From Octopus sinensis (Eukaryota): a stretch of 64,000 nt of DNA. Under the pieces are notes generated by a model. That model did not search any database. It was given only the letters and a program-made list of their open reading frames with translations, and had not been told where the DNA came from. Both the position numbers and the translations under genes were made by a program. Location of the stretch: assembly GCF_006345805.1 (NCBI RefSeq), contig NC_042999.1, positions 63,178,001-63,242,000 on the forward strand, in the 5' to 3' direction. Shown piece after piece: positions 35,906 to 50,162 of the stretch. Numbering within the stretch: the first letter of the stretch is position 1; every line of letters begins with the position of its first letter.

Positions 35906-37222
35906 TTATTATTTGGATGGTATGAATTATTGAAGGTTAGCGGGTGGTAGAAAGAGGCCTTGTAGATGTTACAAAAGATATATAAAAGTGACAACTTCAA
36001 AAATTGAAGTCTATCTTTGAAAATACCATTTACTAATTATGCAAGCAACTTTTCTTTGAATACAAATTTACTTTTTTTTTATGCTATGGCAAATCTGAGT
36101 TTATTAAAGTTAAAGTTTAATACATTTTATATATGGAAGACATGTTCTAATATTCTGTTGTGTCTGGGGAGAGTCATTTTCTTTTTGTGCCTTATAATTT
36201 AACACATTCACCGGTAAAATTTCCACTTATTTCTTATTTTTATTCTTCTAAAATTTTTGTTGCGTCTTGCAACCTTTTCAATAGAATTGACTGTCCGTTA
36301 TTTACACTGTGTTCCTTTTTGTTTGTTTGTGTGCATGTGTGTGTGTGCCTTGCATGCATGTAGGTATGTATGCATGTGTGTGTATGTATACATGTGTATG
36401 TATGCATATGTATATATGTGTGTGCATCTGTATGTATGTATTCTGCATATTCATGTGCTTGCATGTCTGTTTTTGTGTATTTTCTATGTATGTATGTGTG
36501 TGAGTGTGTGTTTGTATATGTATGCACCTCTGCCTCCTTGTGTGTGCATGTGTGCGTGTGTGTGTGTGTTTTGCAACTATGTACCATGTTTGTATGTATG
36601 GATGTGCCTCTCTATATGTGTGGACCCGTGTCTCCATATGTGTCCTTGTGTGGCATAAAGTGTGTGTGTATATATATGATCATGTGTGTCAGTCTCCATT
36701 TGCATATGTGTTATTGTCTGTTCATATAACCTATGTACCTATCCATCTGATCTACATAAAATCAAAGCTAAAAGCCAATACGAGAGAGATGTATGATGAT
36801 ATAAGGCAGTGAAATATGAATGGTGAACAAAACAAAGTACAAAAATAACTTAAATTATTTTGTTTCTTCTCTTAAACACCACAAGTTTTCTATAGGCTTA
36901 GAACCTTGCTAAAAGGACATATCTGATTCCTATTCTCTTTAAAACTAATAGCTGAGACCCTGCATTGCTCTGACTCATAAAACAATGTCAACGTAAGGTA
37001 AAACCTCACTAAATAATTGCTGATTACAGTAAAATTTTATATTCTGGCTGATCAGTCGTTGAATTAAACAAAGAGCTGTGATTACAGGATTAAACTGACG
37101 TGTTTGCTTTGTTTTCAGTTATCCTTTTCCCTTTCAATCCTCAGTGCCTTAAAAACACCCTACCTTTAGGCTATAAGGGAAACCCTAAAGGACACATATG
37201 ATGCACTAGCATTAAATCAAGA

Positions 37223-37257
<35 letters not shown>

Positions 37258-37577
37258 GTGGGAGAGCATCATAGCCGTGTGTTGAAAGGAATTCTTGGAG
37301 GTTTAGATAATTCACCTTTGAAAACATGGGTGGTTCGTTTAACATCCTTAAACAATCCTTATTCAGGGACCTTTTGAGTGGGATGGGTTACTCGACCAGA
37401 AGAAAATTCTAACTGGGCCCCACCTGCAAGGTCATGTGCTGTTTATCTTGACATGAGATCACCATGTCGTGCACATATGGTTGTGATGCATGAGCCTGAT
37501 GTACCCTTATCAGATGGGTAGTCATGATGGGTATACTGGGCTTTGTATATATGACCCCAGTGTCACTTTGATGGCAT

Positions 37578-37978
37578 GCCGGGCGAAATGCTTAGCGGTA
37601 TTTCGTCTGCCATTACGTTCTGAGTTCAAATTCCGCTGAGGTCGACTTTGCCTTTCATACTTTCAGGGTCAATAAATTAAGTACCATTTACACACTGGGG
37701 TCAATGTAATTGACTTACTCCCTTTGTCTGTCCTTGTTTGTCCCCTCTATGTTTAGCCCCTTGTGGGCAATAAAGAAATAAGAAATGTTAGCACACCGGG
37801 CGAAATGCTTAGCAGTATTTCATCTGCCATTACGTTCTGAGTTCAAATTCTGCCAATGTCGACTTTGCCTTTCATCCGTTCAGGGTCAATAAATTAAGTA
37901 CCATTTACGCACTGGGGTCGATGTAATCCCTTTGTCTGTCCTTGTTTGTCCCCTTGTGGGCAATAAAGAAATAAGAAA
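37578..37978 (+). mobile_element. SINE family C tandem dimer
   Basis: Two colinear copies ending GGCAATAAAGAAATAAGAAA. Confidence 0.88.
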
Positions 37979-39213
37979 CATGGATGAAGTGCTGATAAGC
38001 ATTTTGCCTAGCGTACTAATAATTCTACCAATTCGCTGCCTTAATAATAAAAATAGTAATAATAATACCATTGAATCTGAAAAAACATCTGAAAACTTTA
38101 GAAATACCCTACAATCTAGGTGTATTGCAAAAGTCAGCATTACTTGGAATTATACGCATATTGCATAAAGTACTATCTGTCTGAGGTCCTTGTTGTGATT
38201 TGACAAACAGTACAAGCCCCACCGGTAGACACAATATTTTCAATCAACAACCTCACAATATTGTATACTGGCCGGTGTCTATAATAATAATAATTCTTTC
38301 TACTGAAAGCACAAGGTCTCAAATTTGGGGCAGGGATTAAGTGAATCATATCGACCCCAGTGTTCAATTGGTACTTATTTAATCGACCCCCACCGAAAGG
38401 ATGACAGGCAAAGTTGAACTTGGTGGAATTTGAACTCAGAACGTAGTGGCAGACTAAATACCGCCAAGCATTTCGCTCGATGTGCTAAAGATTTTACCAC
38501 CTCACCGCCTTAATAATAATAATAATAATAATAAAAATAATAATAATCGTTTAACAATAATAGTAATAATAATAATAACAATAATAATAAAGACAATGGG
38601 TACAATACTTAAAGCAGATGTTATCAGCTAAAATTAGTCATGAAAGGCTGAAGTATTTCACTATTTTTAATAGTAGTATTAGAGAGAAGATTCAACAACA
38701 AAACTAAGAACTAAAGTAGAACATAACCTAAAGCAAAAAGCCAACAAGAATTCATTCATAGTAATGGTTATGATTAAAAATATAAAAATTAAGACATTTT
38801 GAAAGTGACAATAAGTCTTGACCTTAAAGTCTTACACCCCCTTTCCCAAGTTTTATTATTTTTTTAAAACTCTTTTTACCACCTCTTTCCTATTACTATA
38901 ATAACTATTGCTATTATTAATCCAAAGCTATGACATAATTTAGTATGACTTGTTGGGCAAGTAAAAATACAATCGGGCGGATAATAACACTGAAATGGAG
39001 GGCCAGAATGTCACACGAAAGCACTTGCCAATAATGCAGTGGAATTTTAAAACTGATAATTATAGATATTAAAATAAATGAAAAGAGTCTTCTTCAAGAA
39101 GAGAAATAAAGTAACACCTGACTTGTCTCCTCCACAAACCTCAACAATTTCGAGTGTGAACAGAAAATACAACATAACGTAAAACCTAAAATAACATTAG
39201 GTAAATATAACCA

Positions 39214-39462
39214 GTGGAGGTGCGTGGCTTAGTGGTTAGGGTGTCAGCACCATGATCGTAAGATTGTGGTTTCGATTCCTGGATTGGGCGACGCGTTGTG
39301 TTCTTGAGCAAAACACTTCATTTTACGTTGCTCCTGTCCACTCAGCTGGCAAAAATGAGTAACGCTGCAATGGACTGGCGTCCCGTCCAGCTGGGGAACA
39401 TATACGCCACTGAAACCGTGCCCATGAGCCTGGCTAGGCTTTAAAAGGGCGCATTTGTTTAT
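39214..39462 (+). mobile_element. SINE family D (tRNA head + GTGTTCTTGAGCAA body + V-domain-like CTGCAATGGACTGGCGTCCCGTCCAG); partial copy at 28300-28440 minus
   Basis: A/B boxes TGGCTTAGTGGT / GGTTTCGATTCC; the V-like motif is also at 44990-45030. Confidence 0.75.
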
Positions 39463-39791
39463 TATTTTAAATATAACCAGGTTTTACTCGTTTCCTCTAA
39501 TATATTTTTTTTATCCCAACATACATTTTATTTGAATGTGTTTTCTTCTTCTTTTAGTTTAGAAGTTTATATTTTTGAAATGTGCTGCTTAGAAAAGGAA
39601 CAAGCATTGATAATATTTTGTGCTATTAGCCACAGTATGTTTCTATCTGAACTTGTCACTTTGAATTTCTTTTTCCTCCAAGAATTTTACTGTAACAATA
39701 TCTTCTGAAAAGGATCCTATTTAGGGCCAAAATTATTGAAATGGTGCATAAATGAAGATTTACACACTACTTCTTACACCGAAATCCTTAA

Positions 39792-40007
39792 CCATTTAGC
39801 ATTTAAACCGGCCATATCCAACTCAAATATTCTGTTTTATGTTCAAACCAGTTAGATCTGGTTTCACACACCTATTTTACAGTATCATTCTAAAATTATA
39901 CAATCACATAATCAAAATCTCAAAGCTACAAGATAATGCATGATTAATACAAATTAATGCAAATAAATAAGCATTACATTTGACAGAGTAAGTTGAATGT
40001 TAAAGAG
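39792..40007. mobile_element. piggyBac-type MITE (second family)
   Basis: TTAA on both sides; TIRs CCATTTAGCATT / CTCTTTAACATT. Confidence 0.7.
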
Positions 40008-40229
40008 TTAATGAGGAAATTTTTGCACAAACCACTTTTCTGATACGCAACCTGCCTGAAAGTGCTGGTTTCATGATACAAATTGCCTGTTTTTAAGTGA
40101 TCTAAATTAAAAACTTCCACCAGAATTTTATGCTAATTAAAGTTCCAAATACCAGCTTAATAATGACAAAGTTACTTTTATTAAAACCTTCATTATTCTC
40201 AAAATTAATTGCAACAAAAGCAGTGTATA

Positions 40230-40835
40230 GGCGTAGGAGTGGCTGTGTGGTAAGTAGCTTGCTTACCAACCACATGGTTCCGGGTTCAGTCTCACTGTGT
40301 GGCACCTTGGGCAAGTGTCTTCTACTATAGCCTCGGGCTGACCAAAGCCTTGTGAGTGGATTTGGTAGACAGAAACTGAAAGAAGCTCGTCGTATATATA
40401 TGTATGTATGTATGTGCCGGTGGCACATAAAAAGTACCCACTACACTCATGGAGTGGTTGGCGTTAGGAAGGGCATCCAGCTGTAGAAATACTGCTAGAT
40501 CAGTCTGGAGCCTGGTGCAGCCTCCTGGCTTCCCAGACCCCGGTCGAACTGTCCAACCCATACTAGCATGGAAAATGGACGTTAAATGATGATGATGATA
40601 ATAATGATGTGTGTGTGTATATGTTAGTGTGTCTGTGTTTGTCCCCCCCCCCAACATTGCTTGACAACCGATGCTGGTGTGTTTACATCCCTGGAACTTA
40701 GCAGTTCGGCAAAAGAGAACATAAGAATGTACTAGGCTTACAAAGAATAAGCCTTGGGGTCGATTTGCTCGACTAAAAGCAGTGCTCCAGCATGGCCACA
40801 GTCAAATGACTGAAACAAGTTAAAGAGAAAAAGAG
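40230..40835 (+). mobile_element. SINE family A with a family B tail nested in its microsatellite
   Basis: A head, B segment 40415-40605 ending (GAT)n, then the A tail. Confidence 0.85.
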
Positions 40836-43024
40836 TACTGCAAGCATACAAACACACAAACATGAATACAAATTAATACACCATGCAACAATTATACATT
40901 CACGTGCCTCAGACTGCCTTCACTCAGAAAAGAAAGTCTTATAACTTTCTTAGCAACTAGCTTGTATTCTATGGAGAGAAAAAAACTTAAATTTCAAGAA
41001 TAGAACACACGTACACACATGCATATACACAGACTCATACACAAAAGCAAGGTCAAGTCAGACAAGTGCATAGTATGAGTAATCTATTAGAAATTTCATT
41101 AATATTCACAAAAATATAATTCAGGTGTTGCTTAAAAATAATGATAAAACCTGTTGATAATTAACATGGTGAAAAGATCACTAAGATCCTGTTTCATTTC
41201 ATATCCCTACAAGTATTGAAATATTTGGTGTGAGTGCATTGGGCAGCCTCTCCTTGCACCCTTTAAACTCATGATTTGCTGAAAGGCAAATGGGATATAA
41301 ATATTTCCACTAGATGTTGCTAGTCTTATTCACAACAGATCATTTTTAAAAATCTGTTTTAATTTCATGAGAACCACTGTAAAATAGCAAAACAATATAG
41401 ATTTGACTTACATAACTAGCTGCACTTAATCAGTGTGGAATCAGCAGTCTTGCAATAGATAAACTTTTAAAATTGAAACAGTTTAATATCAGTCTCACAA
41501 GATTTTGAGTTTAAAAAAAAAACAAAACATTTTCATAGATTGTTTGTATTATACAAAACGGATAACAGATTCAATGAAAATTTATGATTGTGTTCTTTCA
41601 ATATGATTCCCAATGATTTGCTTAAAACTAAAAATAATGTTGGAAGTGGTTATTTACAAGAACAAAAATTAATTCATTTCACAAGAATCCACTTTGTACA
41701 AATTTGTGTGTACAAAGTCGCTCAACCTGCTAACATTAACAACCAAATCTTCTTCAAATTACATACCACAAAAAAGAAGAAAAGAAAAAAGATATAGACA
41801 TTAGGAAATGTCCTAAATATACAATGCTCAGGCAGAAGATAAGTTGGTTAAAACATGAATGCTAGTCAAAAGGATAACATCTGTAGGTGACTTAGAGCCA
41901 AGTGACAAAAACATCTTGGCAATATCAAGACTTTTGAATTCCAGTGGTTGTTTTAGCACAAAGAATGCTTACTGATACAAATATAGTTTTAACATTTTTT
42001 TCTTTCATCCTCCCATCTTTACGTCCTGAGTTCAAATTCTGTTGAGGTTGACTTTGCCTTTTATCTCTTTGGGTTCAACAAAATAAGTGCCAGCTGAACT
42101 CTGGGGTTGATGTAATTGGGCTTATCCCCTCTCCCAAAATTGTTGGCCCTGTGCCAAAATTTGTAATCAATATTTTTTTATTTTATTCAAGTCAAGATTT
42201 CAACAAGTTTTGGAGTTCATTTTGCATGCTCTTTTACTTGTCTTTTCCCCCATCTTATTCTTTCCTTGCTTATCTATTTTTATATTTCTACCAGTTAATA
42301 GTTGCTGCACACATAAATCTCATTCTGATTAAAATATTACAAATCTGCTGCCATTTTTAAGTCTTTGTTGGTTATCAACCTCGGAAAATATAACAAAATT
42401 AAACTTGCATACCTGATCTGGCTAAATTTAGACTTTCCTACAAACTGTTATATTTTTTCCTTATCCTTTAATTATCATGGATTTTGAAGTATTTTCATGA
42501 AAAATATTTTTTTGCAATTTGTTTCTTGTATCTAAACAAATTTCATAGTTACTTTCATCATTTTGTAATTGTTTCCTCTATTCTTGTCAAATTTCTGTTT
42601 ATTTTGATGTTTGTATAGCAGGATATTTCACTTTTCTTACCTGTACCTTTCTTCTCCTTGTTTATATATTGAACATGGTGTTTTGTCACCAGAGTAATTG
42701 CAAAACCAGATGGATAGTCAAATATTTGCAATGCCACAACAAAGTAACAATCCAATGACTGAAACCAGTGCAAGAGTGTACACCAATGCTTTAACACCCA
42801 CTTTTCCATGCTTGACAGGATTGATGGATGGAATTTTATTGAGGCAGATTTTCTATGGCTGGATGCCCTTCTTGTCATCAACTCTGACCTGTTTCCAACT
42901 AAGGCCAAATATATTTCACAGAAGACTGGAAATGAACAAATTCACTTATATGACAATGTTACTCATTTACAACCATCATGTAATGTCTAGACAAGGGCAC
43001 ACACAAAATGCACACACACACACA

Positions 43025-43180
43025 TGATGGGTTTCTTTCAGTTTCCATCAATCAAATCCTCTCACAAGGCTTTGGTCAGCCTGAGGTTATAGTAGAAGAC
43101 ACTTGCCTAAGGTGCAGTGCAGTGGAACTGAATCCAAGACCATACAATTGGGAAGTAAGCTTACACAGTCATACCTGCAA
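43025..43180 (-). mobile_element. SINE family A head fragment (similar heads near 4745, 48100, 57385, 59835, 61200)
   Basis: GAAGACACTTGCC...CACAGTGGGACTGAAC motif. Confidence 0.7.
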
Positions 43181-43639
43181 TTACACATTCATATAACATT
43201 AATTTGAACAATGTTTCTGAATGTACCTGTGTATGATGAGTTAAAGGATAGAAACATGAAAAACTCATTAAGACAGAAAAAAAAAAATCTTGAATGTCAA
43301 AGAAATTTTACACACATGTCAAATCTTAGCAAACTAAGGTAAGCTGGTATCTCAGGAAATTATAATATATAATGGTTAAGAGGAATGGAAACATTTTAAA
43401 AGTTATGTCTACAGTTGAAATAATTTCTTTATCTACTTTGAAAAATCACAGTACAGTTTTCCAATTGCTATATTAACGAAAACTGTTCGTTAGTATCAAA
43501 AGGAAAAGACGAAGGTAGTGTTTTTTGTATCTGTAATAGATATATGGAAAGAAAAGGTGAGATCAGATAAGAGGATGCAAGTCTTCACAGGTGAGATGAC
43601 ACAGTTAAACAACTGGCAATATGCTGTACAGTAAACCTT

Positions 43640-44040
43640 ATTTCTTTATTGCCCACAGGGGGCTAAATATAGAGGGGATAAACAAGGACAGACAAAAGGA
43701 TTCAGTCGATTACATCAACCCCAGGGCATAACTGGTATTTAATTTATCGACCCCGAAAGTTTGAAAGGCAAAGTTGACCTCGGCGGAATCTGAACTCAGA
43801 ACATAATGGCAGACGAAATACCTATTTCTTTACTACCCACAAGGGGCTATTCATAGAGAGGACAGACACACGGATTTAATCGACCCCAGTTATGCACTGG
43901 GGTCGATTATATCGACCCCAGTGCATAACTGGTACTTATTTCAAAGTTGACCTCGGCGTAATTTGAACTCAGAACGTAACGGCAGACGAAATACCACTAA
44001 GCATTTTGCCTGGCGTGCTAATGTTTCTGCCAGCTCGCTG
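43640..44040 (-). mobile_element. Family C nested/rearranged cluster (further copies at 38292-38510 -, 42015-42170 +, 55975-56175 +, 59215-59412 -)
   Basis: Same motifs. Confidence 0.75.
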
Positions 44041-44294
44041 TCTTTACAGCAAACCTGTCTGACAGATGCTATCAAGGAAAGATTAATAAATAAAAATGCT
44101 AAAATTGTGTTGTTGATTTACTTATACATGCAAATTCTTTTGTTTGTTGATGACTTGATTCATTTCACAAATAAAGAAACATGGGAAAAAAAAAAGGCTG
44201 GGATAGGAGGGTTAAGTATTATTTTTATATTTTATTCTTTTTTTTTCTTTCCTTTTTTGTAAGTTTGGTCTGAGAGTGTGGCTGTTGCAGGCCT

Positions 44295-44622
44295 TTCGTG
44301 ACACGTGAAATTGATGTTATTTATGTTCCATAAGAAGTGAAGCAAGTTGACAGCTGAAGGAAAGGCATGAATAGAGAGGGAATCACAAAAGCCAATGTTA
44401 TGGGGAGTAAGAATTTAGCATAACAGTTAATGCAGTTTCCAGGAATTGGACACAAGAAATGGGTGATGAGTGAGACAAGGATACCTGAGTAGGGGCAACA
44501 TGAGATCAACCGGATCTGAGCAGTCAAAGGAGAGAGTACATCTCAGAACCAGAGTCTGGAGTGTGTCTTTGAGCAATTTCATAGCAATTATTTAAATAGA
44601 CTTTCTTCAGATGTGGTCTAGG

Positions 44623-44680
<58 letters not shown>

Positions 44681-45880
44681 TATGACTCTCTTGTGGATTT
44701 CACTTGAGCTTTGTGGAGAGTTAGTAGTTGTTGGGGAATAAAGAATTTGCCGGCTCTGAAGTGAAAGGCCAATCTTTGAGCTCCAGCCTTTGCTATGATG
44801 AAGATATACAATCATTAGCAGAGATTCTCTGTAGAAGCAAGCCCAAGCATTTACAGCGAGTTTTCTAGGTGCATGCTGTGTTTTAGGAGTGATATATTAT
44901 TTTCTTGATATATATTTTTTATTTATTCATGTGTCCTTTTCAAGCCTAGCCAGGCTCATGGGCCTGGTTTCCCAGTTTCTGCGGCATATGTGCCCCCCCC
45001 CCAGCTGGACGGGACGCCAGTCCATTGCAGCGTTACTCAAGAAACAGGAATAAGAGTGAGAGAAAGTTGGAGTGAAAGAGTACAACATGGGTCACCACCA
45101 ACCCCTGCTGAAGCCTCGTGGAGCTTTAGGTGTTTTCGCTCAATAAATACACACAACACCCAGTCTGGGAATAGAAACTGCGATCCTCCAACTGTGAGTC
45201 TGCTGCTGCCCTAACCACTGGGCCATTGTGCCTCCTATTGATATACATATAATGATTATAATTGTTAACTATTGAAGGATACAAAATTGGCATAACTACA
45301 TTGGAAGATGCTTTTGAAATCTCTGCTCAAGGAACCAGTACAGGTTTGACATGAGGTTTAACATTGCATGTAGATAATACTTGCATGCAGAAAGTCAGGC
45401 AGGAACGAAATATGGTATCGTTTGCATGGGAGTAAATATTGCTGGAGATGATGGCAAGAGCGTGAGAACAAAACTGAATGCAGTGATACACCAGAATCAA
45501 TAATGCAGACTAGAGACAGCTCTATCAGTACAAGGTGTGAAAGTGCAATCTAACATGAAGCTTCCTATCAGAGACACAAGTGATAGATAGACACCTCCAC
45601 CATGGGTGGGTATGTTTTATAGGTGATTCTAGCAGGGTCAAACAGAGTTGAAAGCTTTGCTAATGTTGAAGGCAACAACAATGCTATCACCAAATTTCTT
45701 GAGGACCAGAGGCCAACAGTGAATCACATAAGAAAGCAGGCTGCCAACAGATTTCAATGACTGGTATTTTACTCTGGTTTCATGTAATTAGGGAGATACG
45801 AATCAAACCTCTAGGGGACAGGATCCCAGTCTATAAGAGTATTTCCAGATAATCTGGTACCTATTGCCAAAAGCTAAGTA
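44295..45880 (-). mobile_element. Degenerate Jockey-superfamily LINE (same type as 2555-3900), interrupted by a microsatellite and a SINE
   Basis: Minus-strand remnants SVGSLLSYVIHCW, FGDSIVVAFNISKAFNSV, IDSGVS, and 3' remnants HPFLV and DSLSIHAFPSAVNLLHFLWNINNI. Confidence 0.65.
44922..45235 (-). mobile_element. SINE family G head/body with family D tail
   Basis: GGAGGCACAATGGCCCAGTGGTTAG head; same body as the 7754 and 60326 copies. Confidence 0.75.
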
Positions 45881-46574
45881 CTGAAATAAGATTGTATACA
45901 GGGATCTGCTAAAAGTAGTGAAATGCATATGGGATTTGAACTCAAGACTCGATTTGGGAGTCCAATAGTTTTCCACTCAGCCATCTCATAACAAGGCATC
46001 ATATAACAGTAGTTAAAAAAACAAATGGCTATAAGAAGACAAGAAATTGTTATGTCAAACCTGATGCTTCACAGATAAGATAGCGAATTGTGAAATGAAT
46101 GGAGATATGTCATTACAAACTCATCCAATTCATACCATCAAGACAAAAATAGAAAAAAATTGATAATAATAGTGACAATTTTGTATTAATTTTCCACCCA
46201 TTTTTATACTGATCAACAACTGATGTATTAGTTATTTTAAATTGTTGATTTGTGGTTTCTAATATTACATATCTATATCCCAAACTGATAAGAAACACAT
46301 CCAGAGAGACTGAGAAAATGATGTCGACCTTTGATAAGAAAGCAGAGAAAACAGATAGAATTAGTAAAATATACTGAAACTAATTTTAGGCAAAAGTGAT
46401 ATCACACACACACACAAACACAGAGAGAATAATTAACCATAACATAAATGGCTGAGATCTCTTCTTTTAACTATACTGAGCATATATATATATATAAAAT
46501 TAAAAAGGAATGTAATAACACATTATAATAATGTAATGTAAAATGAATTTTATATATTATCCATACGTGGTCAA

Positions 46575-46835
46575 TGCCAGCGCCACCTTGACTGGCTTCC
46601 GTGCCGGTGGAACGTAAAAAGCATCAACCGAATGTGACCATTGCCAGCCTCCCCTGGCACGTAAAAAGCACCCACTACACTCATGGAGTGGTTGGCATTA
46701 GGAAGGGCATCCAGCTGTAGAAACACTGCCAGATCAGACTGGAGCTTGGTGCAGCCTCCTGGCTTCCCAGACCCTGGTCGAACCGTCCAACCCATGCTAG
46801 CATGGAAAACGGAGGTTAAATGATGATGATGATGA
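46575..46835 (+). mobile_element. SINE family B tail (others at 48495-48670, 49905-50091, 55640-55882; degenerate at 31295, 42780, 57040, 59540)
   Basis: Shared GGAAGGGCATCCAGCTGTAGAAA motif and (GAT)n tail. Confidence 0.85.
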
Positions 46836-47214
46836 TCCCTTGAATCTTTACTTGAAAGAAATATATTCTACAGCAGTTACTACATTCTACTCAGTTATTT
46901 CTATTTAAGTAAACATGTCTCCATTGGTTTCAACAATGAATATTACAGTTATTCAACTAACTGAACTGCCTTACCCACTTAATATCACCTTGATCCTTAT
47001 GGAGTATAGGTCATTGATGACTTTTATCTGCTTTACACAACTCAGGGCTGTCTTTTCTGCTTCTCTGGTACCTCTCAATTTTAATTTCCTTTACATTTCT
47101 TAAAATATAGCATAAGCAAAACTGAAGATCCAGTTTTGGCTATGATTTGTTCCTTTTTTTTTTCCTTTAAACTGGTGGGGTAGTGGGAAAAACAAAGACA
47201 CACACACACACACA

Positions 47215-47472
47215 TTGCTAGACTGTGGGTTTGATTTCTGGACTGGCTGGTGCATTATGTTTTTGAGCAAAACAGTTATTTCACGTTGCTCCAGTCCACT
47301 CAACTGCAAATGGGTAAACCTGTAATGGACTAACCTTCCTATCGAGGTGGTGGGGGGATGTTGGCCTTCAAGCCTAGCTACCAGGGTGGCATCATTTGAC
47401 AGCTTGAATGAGGCAGAACACATTATGACCAGCAATGTATAACAGCATCTGGTAGACTAATTGATCATGTGA
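47215..47472 (+). mobile_element. Diverged SINE: D-like body with G3-type tail
   Basis: TTTTTGAGCAAAACA...GTTGCTCCAGTCCACTCA, followed by the tail shared with 60034. Confidence 0.6.
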
Positions 47473-47689
47473 GATATATATATGTTTTAGCTTGGATATA
47501 CTTTGTGAGCATAGTCTGAAGATTGCAAGAAGGCACCAGATGTGTTACAAAATGCTGTCTGAGTCATTTTCATTGCATGAAACAATTAGTAGCTCATAGA
47601 AATATAGACTGTGTTTATTATCTCTCAATAAATGGAGTACTTTTTTTGTTGATCTTGCCTTCACAGAATAGTATGTACGTACATACGTA

Positions 47690-47940
47690 TGTACATAAGT
47701 AGGTAGATAGATAGGTAGATATAGATATAGAGAGATATAGATAGGTAGGTAGGTAGATATAGATAGATAGGTAGGTAGGTAGATATAGATAGATAGGTAG
47801 GTAGATATAGATAGATAGGTAGGTAGGTAGATATAGATAGATAGATAGGTAGGTAGTTAGATATAGATAAATAGATAGATAGGTAGGTAGATATAGATAG
47901 ATAGATATACATAGATAGGTAGATAGATAGATAGATAGAA
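47690..47940. repeat. (GATA)n/(GGTA)n compound microsatellite
   Basis: Direct inspection. Confidence 0.95.
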
Positions 47941-49497
47941 ATTCCAATAAAGGAGCCTTGGATCTAAGTTAGAAACCAGCTCTTTTCTCTATTGGCTTGA
48001 AATCTTGAAATAAAACCGAATAAAATAATGACATACATCCAGACAGGCAGCATTCCACATGCATTCCATTTATCAAATTCATTTGCAAGGCATCAGTTAG
48101 CTCTCGACTATTGTAGAAGATACTTGTCCCAAATGTTGCTCAATGGGATTGAACCTGAAGCCACAGTTGCAAAGTGAACTACTAAACAACACAGCCACGC
48201 GAAAATATAAGTAAAATAGGTTTATTAGAGACATATCTGATTGAATTAATACAATGTAATAAATTTGGTCATGATCCATTGAAAATATTTTACAAGTTCT
48301 AAAAAAAATTTGAAAAACTCCCAAAAGAATTTCAACTTCGTCATTTTCTTTTATATATTAATGTATTCCTCAGCCTCATTCATTTTGTTTCAATTTGAAT
48401 GCAGGATAATGATGGAGAAACCTGCAACTGTTGTTCGTTAATTCCCTGTCGGTACTGATCAGTATGACTATCCTGGACATGGGATTGCATTGGACAAAAG
48501 CACCCACTACACTCTCGGAGTGGTTGGCGTTAGGAAGGGCATCCAGCTGTAGAAATTCTGCCAGATCAGATTGGAGTCTGGTTCGCCAGGCCTCAGTCAA
48601 ATCGTCCAACCCATGCTAGCATGGAAAGCGGACGTTAAATGGTGGTGGTGATGATGATGATGATGATGATGATGGGATTGCAGTCACATAGAGAGAGGTT
48701 TCTCTTCGGTTTGGCTGACAAAAACTTGTTGGTAAGGGAGGTAACTCTTTGATATTGACTAATTTTATATTTAGTCCCAGATTAGCCTTGATGAAACAAA
48801 CTTATGATCGAAAGTATCTCAGCTTTGACTATCACCGTGTTTTATTTATTTATTTATTTTTATTCAGATATGATGTATCTAGACTATATATTCAATGTTC
48901 ACCTTTTAAAAATATAGTTGGATGTGATTTGGTAGCTACTTCTTGCATGTTGAATGACCACCTAAGGACCTCCCCTTGGGTTTCGTCTCGATAAAATCAT
49001 GTGATGTAACAGAAATAGTTAAGACGACATTATTATTATTATCATCATCATCATTATTATTATTATTATCATTTTTATTATTATTATTATCATTATTATC
49101 TATTTCGAGATCGATAAAATAACACCAAGTCAATTCTTGAGATTGATTTAATATACTTTCCACCAAGAAATTTTTATCTTCGTGCCATCATTAACAACCA
49201 AAATTATTAAATATACAGGATGGTAGTCGGTCTGACTAAATGCTTTGTGGTATTTACTTAATTACCTTTTTTGGGGCTGAATTGATATCCCATCGAGATC
49301 TACTTCATATTTCATCAACTTCGACTTTCAAAATTTGTACCAAACTTAAACTGAATTTTGACTCGGTCAAAAATAGCTATTTTATTTACAAATATATTAA
49401 GTTGTACCATTGTCAAGGTGGCGCTGGCATTGACCATGTACGGATGATATATAAAATTCATTTAACATTACATTATTCAATTCCATCATTCAAACTC

Positions 49498-49655
49498 AGG
49501 TGTGGCTGTGTAGTAAGAAGTTTGCTTCTCAATCACCTGGTTCCAGGTTCAGTCCCATTGTGTGACACCTTGGGAAAGTATCTTCTACTACAGCCTTGGG
49601 CTAACCAAAACCTTGTGAGTGGATTTAGTGGATGGAAACTGAAAGAAGCCCATCG

Positions 49656-49704
<49 letters not shown>

Positions 49705-50162
49705 CCACCACTACTTAACAACCAGTGCTGGTGTGTTTATGTGCCTGTAACCTAGCAGTTCAGCAAAAGTGACTGATAGAAGTACTAGGTTTTACAAGAA
49801 TAAGTACTGGGGATCAAAGACCTGAGTTTGATTGATGGAATTGAATAATGTAATGTAAAATGAATTTTATATATTATCCGTACGTGGTCAATGCCAGCGC
49901 CACTTTGACTGGCTTCCGTGCCGGTGGCACGTAAAAAGCATCAACCGAATGTGACCATTGCCAGCCTCCCCTGGCACGTAAAAAGCACCCACTACACTCA
50001 TGGAGTGGTTGGCGTTAGGAAGGGCATCCAGCTGTAGAAACACTGCCAGATCAGACTGGAGCCTGGTGCAGCCTCCTGGCTTCCCAGACCCAGACTAAAA
50101 TTCTTCAAGGTGGTGCCCCAGCAGGGCCACATTCTAATGACTGAAACTAGCAAAAGATAAAA
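49498..50162 (+). mobile_element. SINE family A interrupted by an inserted flank+B segment (~49816-50091)
   Basis: The A tail is split between GGGGATC and GACTAAAA. Confidence 0.75.

Noticed and set aside
37258-37578. GC-balanced block next to (AAT)n that looks like an interspersed repeat
   Set aside because: There is only one copy in the window and no diagnostic motif, so it cannot be classified from this sequence.
39214-39290. tRNA-like sequences with A and B boxes
   Set aside because: They are SINE heads that run into SINE bodies; no complete cloverleaf was found.
42641-42760. LQIFDYP...SGFAITLVT resembling DEAD-box motifs
   Set aside because: Motif VI (HRxGRxGR) is missing and the putative acceptor is a SINE tail remnant.
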